This document shows positions 13,701 through 24,800 of a DNA stretch of 64,000 nucleotides, one piece after another. The stretch's first letter is position 1, and the number at the start of each line of letters is the position of its first letter. A program made the translations under genes and the position numbers. The DNA comes from Azolla caroliniana (taxonomy: Eukaryota > Plantae > Polypodiophyta). The stretch spans positions 24,366,001-24,430,000 of the forward strand of contig JBHGNT010000005.1 in NCBI GenBank assembly GCA_043228905.1, in the 5' to 3' direction. The notes beneath the pieces are model-generated. The model ran no database searches. It had not been told where the DNA came from and saw only the letters and a program-made list of their open reading frames with translations.

Positions 13701-15419
13701 GTCGTTGGAAGTTTGATTGGCCAGCATGTATAAGTTATAACATTGCTTTTCATAGTTCGTCGTCAATGATCTCTTTGGGCTTGTTGTTTTTTTAGGTTGA
13801 ACCACAATTGATGATATATTCATATTGCATATTTCCAATTTGGTTTTTGTACTTCACCATGAACAATGATGTTTGGATCTTAACAATCAATCAATATACT
13901 TCAAAGAGTTAGAACGTTGTTGTGTCCCATGACATTCTAAACTTAATGACATTAATATACGAGCTCCAAGAATAAGCCCCACTCTCTACAACATCACATT
14001 GATCGTCACACTACATCTCATTGTTGCATGCAACTCTAGAAATAAGGCCACGATATTGACCATGAAATTATTCTATATTGCATTTGAGATAGCGTATGTC
14101 TAGATATAAAAAAAGTCACACCCATTACTTTATGTAACAAATATGCGACTTTCTTTTATCCATGTAATGCATGTAGCATCTTTATCTCTCCTTTATCTCA
14201 TTGACTGTGGCTTGCCATGTTTATTTTGTAAATATGATACACTCAGTGCATATGTTATATAAAAGAAGGCAATGTAATTGTTCAAACAAAGGCCAAGAAA
14301 TATGCTCGGTGAAGCTATATAATAATAGCAATCACCGAAAGGGGTGGTACGAACAATGTGTTGGCTCTAAAGCACCTTGATAAATATTGTCATTTAGGTT
14401 GAGAATGTCCCGAACATATATGCATTCTATTCGTCATGACTTCATGTATATACGTCTTTCTCATTCTTTGATTGCATTTGATTGTTCTATCCTTATAGAT
14501 TTCTCATGAGGGGCAATATGGTAATCATAGTCCAATGTTGTTGCTTTCTTATAACAATGATATTTAATCCACATATTGTACATGAGTTTTGATGACCATG
14601 TGAGAGATTGACTATATTGATGAGAAGCCACCTCACAAAGCAATAAGCCTTGACAAGATCAATAAGAAATTAGCTAAACTTTGTGGAGAATGAAGTAAAT
14701 GTCAACAAATGTGTATAAGCTTAGGAAAAAGCATGAATGAGAGAAGGCTAAGACCATCTTCAACGAGTCAGTTTGACATACTAACAAAACTTGAGCAAAG
14801 TAATGTGCTAAATGTGTATGAGGTAGACCTTTGAATTTATAATAATAACGGCTATTGGTATGGCTGACGACCAAAACTCAAAGACACTAAAATTAATGCG
14901 TTACGTGCATTTCCGGGGAATTTGTGAATTTCCAACAAGAATCATTAAGTGTGAAGAACTTATATTTCCTTCATAATAATAATCATACGCAAGGTTAGTT
15001 CGACTGATAACAAAACTCGGGCAAATTGATGTGCTAAATTTGGAACTTGAATTTCTAGCTTTATATTTCTTTGTAGAAACAATTATAAAAAAACATGCCA
15101 TGGTAGACCTTTACATATCTAATATTCAAGATAGCCAAATCGCTAAAGGCATCAAAGGTCGAACTTTGAATTTCTCGTAACAATAAGGGAGCGCCGAAAC
15201 GAGAACTAATTAGTGAAAAACAAACCTTGTATTTACAATGACAACACCAAGTGTAGAACCTTATATTCCCACGATCACAACAATCATTAGACATACGCTG
15301 CATCAAATTAACGAACAATCATAAACTGATGCATTTAGCACATCGGGGGCTCACATTATCTCTCTCTCTCTCTCTATGGTAATTACCTTACCCTAATGGT
15401 AAGTTATAAGTTGTTAGAC

Positions 15420-15591
15420 TACTACCCAAACTTTTGACCTCTTTATTAGTCCATATTAGTCCTCTTAATTTACTAGATCCTATTGTTGAATGTAGGGTTT
15501 AAACCCATGACCTTTTTGTCTCCATTGGACAACCTTACTTTCAAAGATTATGTGCGGAAGCGTCAGACAAACTGGCCTTGCCGGATAGCAA

Positions 15592-15633
<42 letters not shown>

Positions 15634-16395
15634 AGAACGTTTAAATCTATTACCAAACAATAATAGTTCTCTGTACATAAAACGTGCTCAACAACACTAT
15701 TTATACAAGTCCTAAGAGGACTGTTAGAAGTACCGGGTACTTCAATGCTCACTCGAGCGTCTGACACTAACTACGAGACTATTAACTACCTAGTAGTCTA
15801 GGCTACTACTAGGCTTCCGGTTACTGTTTGATCCGGCTAACCGGCTCCCCAGCTCATCGACGCACTCGCTAACCAGCTCACCGATCTGACTCTTCCTTCC
15901 GGATGCCAACCCGGCTCAGGCTTATTCAGCCGATCCGGATCTGGTTGAGCTTGCCGCTCAACACTTACCATTATTACTCCATATTAATCCTCTTAATTTA
16001 CTAGGTGTCATTGTTGAACGTGGGGTTTAAACCCATGACCTTTTGGTCTCCATTGAACAACCTCACCAACTGAGCTATGTCCGGTTGAATTCATAACTAT
16101 ATTTTGCTATTAGTTTGATGTGCAGTCTATATTTCCCTATTGGTTTAATGTGTAGTCTCTCAATGGAACAACCTTACCAATTGTGTTCCTCCATTGAATC
16201 CAATGTGTAGTTTCTCTCCCTCTCTCATCCCCCCTACTTATCTGAAGTTGTTGGACTATAACATTACGTTTTGGGTTCAATACCTAATTATCTCACCTCT
16301 CTAATAATCTGTACACATCTCTTAATTTACTAAATGACATTGTGGAATGTAGGGGTTGAACCGGTGATTTGGTAGTCTCCATTGGGAAACCTTAC
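15420..16395 (-). mobile_element. Nest of at least three copies of the tRNA-derived SINE (~15420-15538, ~15975-16085, ~16265-16395)
   Basis: Repeated CCTCTTAATTTACTA...GGGTTTAAACCCATGACC...GTCTCCATTG..CAACCTTAC block matching 1755-1915. The copy ending near 16085 keeps the A box (CCAACTGAGCTA on +). Confidence 0.7.
15539..15963 (-). mobile_element. Solo LTR (425 bp) inserted in a SINE
   Basis: 5-bp TSD CTTAC (15534-15538 / 15964-15968). The minus strand starts TGTTGAGCGG and contains TATAAATAG. The other end reads TTTCAAAG on +, one mismatch from the canonical TG..CA. Confidence 0.75.
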
Positions 16396-19300
16396 TTTTA
16401 GATACTTAGATATTTGCCAATATTCTTGATGTGTTGATAGTCACTACCTCCGTAAACATGGTTGCTAGGTAATCCCACCTCATAATGTAAGGAAGGTATT
16501 GTACAATTGTTCGGTTCTCAACAATCTTTCATTCCCCTATACAAATATCCCAGTTCTTGTTCACAAAGCTTAGGTACTAATTTTACAAAACACTAGCCCC
16601 CACTCAAGTTCAAGTTAGGGGTAGGAATAATCATTTTATTTCGAACATTACTACTTCCCGTGCTTCCTAGATATACTAAGTCATCTACTCATGTCACACT
16701 GGCGAATACAAATTCTTCCCCCCCCCCCCCCCCCATAAAACATATGCTCCATTGGTATTAATAAAAGGCCAGAGGCAGTATATAATATTGTTTCATCTCC
16801 ACAAGTATATATTATCAAAGACAAGACCAAATATAAGCTTTGGCATTTTGAATACAACTCTCAACCTTGCCAATAACACCTTTGGTACGATAGCTAGAAG
16901 ACCACATATAAAGGTGAAAACAATCTCCAGCATGTAAAAACCAATCAGTGCTTCATCGAAATGTCCATTCTATCATGATTTCATTCCAAATGGCCACATT
17001 TGTAGTTAGACGCGTCTGAAACACATCTTCCTTTGACCCTTGTCATGGTCTCTAAAAACTTCATGTTGCAGACAAAGTTAGTTGAAGTTGATTCCGCATA
17101 TGCTAAACCTCTTGATTGTCCACCCTGGTTGGTAGTTTGAAAACTTCATGTTTGCTTTTGGTTTCGCATGTACTGAAGGCCATACTCAACATATAAACAA
17201 CATCTCGAGAGTATCCAACTTTTTTGAACTTCATTTTTCCATATTAGCCCTCAACCTTTCACAACAGAAATGCCTACAAAAATAACCAGCTTTATAAATC
17301 CTGTAATGTGATCACTTTATCAACGACTTCCACCCTAGCTGGTAGTTTGAAGACTTCCTGTTTGCATTTAGTTACGCATGTATTGAAGACCATACTCAAC
17401 ATATAAACAACATCTCAGAGTATCCAGCTTTTTCGAACTTCGTTTTTCCACATTAGTCCTCAACCTTTCACAACAGAAATGCCTACAAAAACAACCAACT
17501 TTATAAATCCTGTAATGTGATCACTTTAACAACGAATTCCAATGTTTGGAGTCGAGCCATGTCTTCCAATGACAAAAACGCATTTGACCTGAATTGTTGT
17601 GTGTTAAATGCTTCAAAGAGCTAGTTGTAAAGGGTGATGATATCATTAAAAATCTGCAAGCTTCAAAGCATGTAATCTCGTCGACCCTCAAGAAAATGCT
17701 TCCAAGTCCACAACATCAACACTCATAAAACAAAAGAAAATTTACGCTCCCATCATGAAGTATGCTTCAGCCCCCACCAACCTCATGACTCATCGTTATC
17801 AAACAAAGAATCTGTTTTGTTTTCCCCATCCAACATCTAGGTGATTACCACCAAAGTCCACATCAACCACCTCTCGTCGTAAATCACCAAAGCCCTGTAC
17901 ATACAAAAAACATAATGACACTACTCTCCGGATTCCCTCAAAAATTATGCTTCTTCCCCTGACACCATCATCGCTCATCCTTGTCAGAAATAGATAATGT
18001 GCTTCATTTTCCATCAACAATGTCATCTTTTACTACCAAGGTCCTTGAGATTGGAAGACGCGATGACCAACATCCATTGTGCTCTCCTTCTCCCCTCATG
18101 AAAGTATGCTTCAGCCCCTCTTACATCATCAAAAAATAGAATGAATCACTCTCATCATACACTCATAAAAAATTTGCTTCAGCCTCCAACACCATCTTCA
18201 CTCATCAATAGAAAATCTGCTTCATTTTCAACATCAACCATTTGTCCATTTTCAGCAAATTCCTGTACCTACTCATAATATTCTGCTTCACCCCCCACAC
18301 CGTCTTCGCTCATCCTTATCCCTCAAAAAAATTTGCTTCTTAAGTCCACATCAACCATCTCGCCGATTACCACCAAATTCCTGTATAAATAATAACAAAA
18401 TGATTATAAATGTTTCCTCATCCCCTCGTATATTTGCTTCACCCCTCACACCATTGTCACTCATCCTCTCGTCATGAATCAACTCTATAAAGACAATAAC
18501 TACCTGACAACAACGACAAGACGATCCTGTTTGTTGCACTCCCTATGACACCTAAAATCTTACATGACAACAACGACAATACGATCTTGTATGTTGCACT
18601 CCCTAAGATAAAACCTAAAATCTTCTTCACTTCGTCCCATGACACCGAATTCCATCAAGCAGCCTGACGTATAGACAACAAACAAATTAGTGCAAAAAAT
18701 TTCCTCACCAACTCATGATAATATGCTTCAAACCCCACACCATCTTCATTCCTCCTTATCCCTCAAAATAAATTTGCTTCTTAATTCCACATCAACCCTC
18801 TCACCGATTACCACCAATTTCCTGCTCATAATAATCTGCTTCAACCCCCACACTATCTACACTCATCCTTATCGCTTAGAAAGAATTTGCTTCTTACGTC
18901 CACAACAACCATCTTGCCATGTCGCTAATCGGCACCAAATTTTGGCTTGCCATGTCCTTGATTTCCACCAACATCCCAACAACATCACTTATCCTGACAA
19001 AAATATCAACGGTCATCTATATTATATTACGTTATTTGTACTAAAGATGGTGCCGGTGGCGGGAACACCCAACGAGGCAGTACATAGTTCCACTTGACAT
19101 CAGCGGCTTCATTCAACATAATAGGTATAGATGACCAAACTTTACAAATTCTCATTCTTTTCTTATTAGTTTTGTGTCCAGAACCCTTATAACTCATTTT
19201 TATTTGAAAAGAAAATGAGACATAGATCTAAGAAGCATTCTCGAGGTTTTAAGAGGGTAGGCATTTTTAGGTGGCGTACGTTCGGTAAGAAGACACCGCC

Positions 19301-19400
19301 AACACGACAATCGATTCAAACAACACATCAATACAATATAATCTTTAATGTTTAGTCATGAAATGATATCTAACATAAAGGATTAGAGGATTTCATCACA
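16396..19400 (-). mobile_element. Decayed LTR-retrotransposon-like insertion
   Basis: PPT-like CTTGAGTGGGGGCTAG followed by TG on the minus strand near 16592-16608. Remnant KFGH....C zinc-knuckle-like frame near 19115-19145. Internal degenerate repeats at 17700-18900. The two ends are not recognisably similar. Confidence 0.4.
17119..17541. repeat. Tandem duplication, 2 x ~210 bp
   Basis: TCCACCCT.G.TGGTAGTTTGAA...AATGTGATCACTTTA.CAACGA occurs at 17119 and 17329 with few mismatches. Confidence 0.9.
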
Positions 19401-19700
19401 TAACTGAGCAACATCCAACTTGTAAAATCATTATGTCTCTCTCTCACCCTCTAACATCAACAAAATCATTGAGAATGCGCATGCTAGCCAGGTCAGTTCG
19501 ATGGGCAAACCTAATAAGAAAGCCTTGAGCAAAAAGCCGAGGGTGTGTGAAGAAGCCCCTTTGAAATCTCTGGGACAACTTACAAGCAACTAAAAGCATA
19601 GAGGTTTGGTGTGTCCCTAGGAGATCATCATTATCATCATCAAAGACATAGAGAGGATCTCAGCAATACAAAGAATGTGTGTTTATGTGATTTGGAGGAG

Positions 19701-19797
19701 TAGCAATGGGCACGGTTTCGGCTCAACCCGAACCGAACCGTTAACCCATGGTTTAACGGTTTATTGGTTCATAAAAAACGAACCGTGCCCATAGCCA
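19701..19797. mobile_element. Minimal hAT-type MITE (97 bp)
   Basis: TIRs TAGCAATGGGCACGGTT / AACCGTGCCCATAGCCA. 8-bp TSD TGGAGGAG (19693-19700) / CGGAGGAG (19798-19805). AACCG motifs inside. Confidence 0.75.
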
Positions 19798-20059
19798 CGG
19801 AGGAGCAAAAGCAAAAGCAAATTCATTTGATAGAAATGTATCTGTTGTTTTCAGATATTACAAAAGTAGCTCCATGCTCCCCTTCTCTCTCTCTCTCTCT
19901 CTCTGAAGCAGAACAGAAGAAGGCACAGAAAGTATCACCATTCTCAGCATTTCTATGGTCTCCCATCGATAATCTCTGCTAAACGTTTCGATTATTCTTC
20001 CGACCATCGGCGAACAGGCATCTTCTTCCTTCCAGGTACTTACGACCTACTCTCCCTTC

Positions 20060-20340
20060 CTTTTCTTTTTTCCCGCTCAAAAATGGCGTGGTAAACTGTA
20101 CACGTCCATCGTCTTTTTCGTAAGGAGATCGAGGTGTGGTACACTGTTTTTTTTGTTCTTTCCTTCTTCTTCGTTCCGCTTCCCCGCTCGAAAATGGTGC
20201 GGTAAGACTGTATACATCCGTCCTTCTTTAGTAAGGAGAGCGAGTTGGGATACACCATATGTTGTTCTTCTTTTCCGCTCAAAAAATATTGTAGTAATCT
20301 GTACAAATCCATCGGCTTTTAACAAGGAAATCGAGTTCTG
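20060..20340. repeat. Three degenerate ~90-115 bp repeats in the ZML-a leader region
   Basis: CCGCTC.AAAA...GTAA..CTGTA..C.TCC...AAGGA..CGAG recurs near 20072, 20183 and 20275. Confidence 0.75.
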
Positions 20341-21888
20341 ATGCATCATTGTTTGTTCTCTCATTCTCCACTAAGTAAGAACAAATCAAGGAAGTAGAGG
20401 AAGAGCAGAAATAAGCTGGTCAAGTAGAAACTTGCAAAACTTTTTTTTTCCCCTTCTTTCCTCTTACTTCTTCGAGTATGGAACAAATATGGAAGAAGAA
20501 GCAGGGCAGGGAAAACGCTCAAGTATAAGGCCACAAAAACCTTTTCTTCTTCATCTTTCTTCTTTGAATAACAAGAAACCACAGAAGGAGACGAAGAGCT
20601 TTCATCACATATAACTCTCTGAAATCATCATAATGAAGAATATGAATCATTGTGACTTTAGAGAACAAAGTGGAAAGCTTCACATGAAGACAGCATAAAA
20701 AGCCTTCCAAACGTGTGTATGTGTGTGAGAGAGAGAGAGAGAGAAGAAGAAGAAGAAGAAGAAGAAGAAATAAATCAACATTGAGGATGAAAGTTATAAT
20801 GGAAACCAAAGATATAATGGCAATCATCCCATGAAGAAAGCAAAAAGAAACCCACGCTCTCTTTCCCAGAGAGAGAGAAAGAGAAGAAAAAGAGAACAAT
20901 GCAAAAGGTATGTATCAAAACATTGCGAGAACAGCCACACATGAATGCATTTGCGAAAAAATGCTGCTCTTTTTTGTCCAAATATTTCATATACTGCATT
21001 TTTTTTATAAACACATCCGATTTCTAGTTTCCAATTTCACACAAATGTCAAATTCTCGCATCCTCATCTCTGCGAAAATGTTCACTGTCAATAAAATTCG
21101 TCGAGAATGCTGAATATGTTTTCAAAACTTAATTTCATTTTCTGATTTATAGCAGATTCTTAATTCAGAATTAGGAAAATTACAAAAATTGCAGACAATG
21201 AAGAGCAGAAAAGAGTAGTCTTTAGGCAGATGCATAAAACTTTGTGACATTCTGACAAGTTCTGCTATAGGCACAGTACCATCAATAAATTTTCCACTGG
21301 AACGAAAAGAAGGGAAAAAATAATTTTAGGAATGAACACATATATTCAAAACCAGCAGAATATGTAAGATTACTGCGTGAAGGATCCTGTGATTTCTTCT
21401 CTAATTGAGATAAACAAAGAAAGTAATCTTAAGTATGGAAAAAAATCATTGAAAACGCTTGCCACTCCTCTCTAAACGAGGGAAAAAAGTGGTAAGCTAC
21501 GTAATTGGGGGATTTTTATAACATAATTTTGCTTGCTTTGTTTAGCAGCCTAATGCTTACTGTCTTCTTTTGTTCTCTTTCATTTATGAATGAGAATAAA
21601 TCTCTTCCACTGACTTTTGTAATTAATGAGACGTATAGTCTTCTAGCAATGCTGAAGCATTTTTATGCGTGTTCTCAAGTCTCAATGATATCTTCCATTG
21701 AATTGAATGCAAAATAAAATCTTCCACTAATTTTTGGTTGACATTAGCAGGATAAAATACATCCTACACTTAAATAATCTGGAGGTGTGCTCAATTCGTA
21801 AGTTGGTTGAAGAGAGCGAGACGGAAGGCTTGATTTGAACATATTGGGTCAGAGAAAGATGGTGAATTGATTTGATCACCCGGGAAAG

Positions 21889-24800
21889 ATGTCAGACACG
21901 GATCATACAGCTGACCATCAAGTTCTTCATGGTCATCAGCACCCCTCTCTATACAACCACAGGCACGGTCATGCTTTGCCGCATGCACACATGAGTAGCC
22001 TTCCTCATGCTCACATGCATGACATGAATGGTTCTCACTCTCAAGAAGAGGATGCTCAGGTTGACATGGGTGAACATGGACACATGCACCTTCAGTATGT
22101 GCATCCTCACCATGCTCATGGGCATGTAATTCACAGGGACGAGAATGGTCTAGGAGAGGAGGCTGAAGATGATACAGGTGATGATGGGCTGGAGGAAGCC
22201 GAAATGCATTCAGATGGAGGCCACCCAGGTGATCCACAGTCAAGTCTAACCACTCGAGTGCAAGGAACGGATCAACTCACTCTGACATATCAAGGAGAGG
22301 TCTATGTTTTTGACACAGTTCCGCCAGAAAAGGTAATATCTGACAATTTTGAGTGTTCTTTAGTACTGTCTATGATTTTGATTCTTGCGTTTCTATGTTG
22401 ATCATCTATATACTGTAATTGATGTGATTTTTGCACAAAATGCAGCTAATTATATATAGTTCATCAAATAGTGGGTCTCGTAAATAATAGAGCTACGAAA
22501 TCATGTAGGTACAAGCAGTACTGCTTCTGCTGGGAGGACGTGAGGTGCCAATTGGGATGCCAAGCAGTGTCTCAATGCAGGGCCACCAACTCAAGGTTTG
22601 ATTTCTTATATATGAATTGGATATGTTGATTATTGATCAATCCTCTTCAATAACCTTTATCCTTTCATGCACAGGTAGCAACTGACCTTCCACAACGTCT
22701 GAACATGCCACAAAGGTTGGCATCTTTGACTAGATTTCGAGAAAAACGTAAAGAGCGCAACTTTGAGAAGAAGATTCGTTACACTGTCCGAAAAGAAGTT
22801 GCTCAAAGGTCTGTGGGTTTGTATGTGTAGTGATGATTCATGGTGATTATTTGGCATTCCTTTATATAAATGATTGAACAATAGCTATGCTATGTCATTT
22901 TTTGTGAGTCCACATATATTACAAATATGTTTATACTGTATTCCTCAGGATGCAAAGGAAGAGGGGACAATTTGCGTCGTCAAAGTCTGTAGGAGAGGAC
23001 GCATCAAGTTTATCAAATTCTGAAAATGCAGAATCATGGAATAATCAACCCACGCATGCTCCACAGGAAGAAGCCATGTAATCAGTTAAAACTTTGTGGA
23101 ATTGTTTGCTAATTCTATCTCTATGTTTACAAATTTCATGAAATGCTTTAAAGTTTGTTCTCATAAATTTCATAACCCTGCCTTTCTTCTCAGAACCTGA
23201 AGGTTGAACCTTTGGCTCATTTACTTCCAGCTGAATCTGCACTTTTCTCCATGTTTTGAAATCTTTGATATATGAAAATCCTATTTGGAAGCTCATAATC
23301 ATGACCGTTGAGGGTGTTGTGATTTGTGCAATAATGTTGACATTAATTAATTCTTTTCACCAAACACACCTGAATGAATTATCGGAGACATAGTTTGCAA
23401 AATAATGAACTAACACTTGCATGCAGACCGCTTTTGTAATATTTTAATCTGAATTATTTGAAGGCATCCTGATGCAAGGCATATCTTAAATATGTTGCTC
23501 TATCTGGATTTAGCCACCTGGGCCAAAAGAACTGGATTATCTATAGAGAGAAGGATGAAATTAACACTGATATGATTTATATTTAGTGGATGAAATTAAC
23601 ACTGATATGATTTATATTTAGTGGTTCTAGCAATTGACACGAAATCAAATTTAGAAGCTCCCTTTCTCAGCTGACATTAGTGAGAGATGTGCACAAAACT
23701 TTGCTGGATTGAATCATTGACCTACTTTGCATGGTCAGATATGGTTAGAAGTGAGTTTTGCCTGAAATGGAAGGTGATGTTACTGTTAAGCAATGATTGC
23801 AATAGATTGCTATGTTGATGTTTACATAGATACTGCAATTAGAGACTCCCTTCCAAAAATATGAATCTATGTACACATTACTGGCATGAGAATGCCATTT
23901 CTGAGATTTGTGACATTGTTTATGCTTAGCATGAATTAGTATTTTTTTAATTAGCTTTTAATAAAGTTATCATATACAAACCTTTATGCATTGAATCTCT
24001 AGTTGTCTTCACTGTGGAACTGGAGAGCGTTCTACCCCTATGATGCGGCGAGGTCCTGGTGGACCCAGGACACTATGCAATGCTTGTGGATTGATGTGGG
24101 CTACCAAGGTAGAGCCATTCTGTTCTCAATGCATCATATCATTTTAATTGCTGCCTTGTTTCTTTTAATCTGATGACTATGCCACATTTGATTACTTTTA
24201 TCTACAGGGCGTATTAAGAGAATTATCCAAGGGTTCTGGTTCTGGGAATCCTCAGCTTCCCAGCATCCCTCAAGTAATAGTTCATTTCACATACATATTA
24301 ATTTCAGAAGCATTGCGTTGTACTATTTATTGTGCTTAAGTTTTTATTATTATCTGAATCTATATGCACTGACTTTTACACTTGGATGATGCCAATTCCT
24401 TAATGTATCGTTTCGCTATTTGTACATGCAAGTGAATGAACTAATGCTAAGGTTTGGACAGTGGCCCCACAGTATGTCTATATGTATAGCCAAACCCAAT
24501 GTAGCAGTTAATGCGCAACAATTCCCTGAAGGAGCTTATTGACTGGATTGATAACCCTTGTTGGTGTGTCATGTAGCTCATAGTCCCTGATGTGTAGAAA
24601 GACGTTTCTGAATCTCTAATAATAGGAACACCTTACTACTGTATTAGTGATGCAGAAGCCCTCTTGTTAGGAGATGTGAGATTTGGTTCATACATGTAAA
24701 ACATCTCATCTTAGAAAAAGCAAAAGCAAAAGCAAAATCAAGGCTTTTGTTTATGTAACATTGCATGCTCTTATCTACGTACCAACTTTAAACCATCAGC

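Noticed and set aside
11300-15350. Possible decayed DNA transposon (MULE or Helitron)
   Set aside because: No termini, TSD or convincing protein motif could be read.
21791-22243. 150-aa antisense ORF over ZML-a exon 1
   Set aside because: A shadow frame of the His-rich exon. No equivalent long ORF is listed for copy b.
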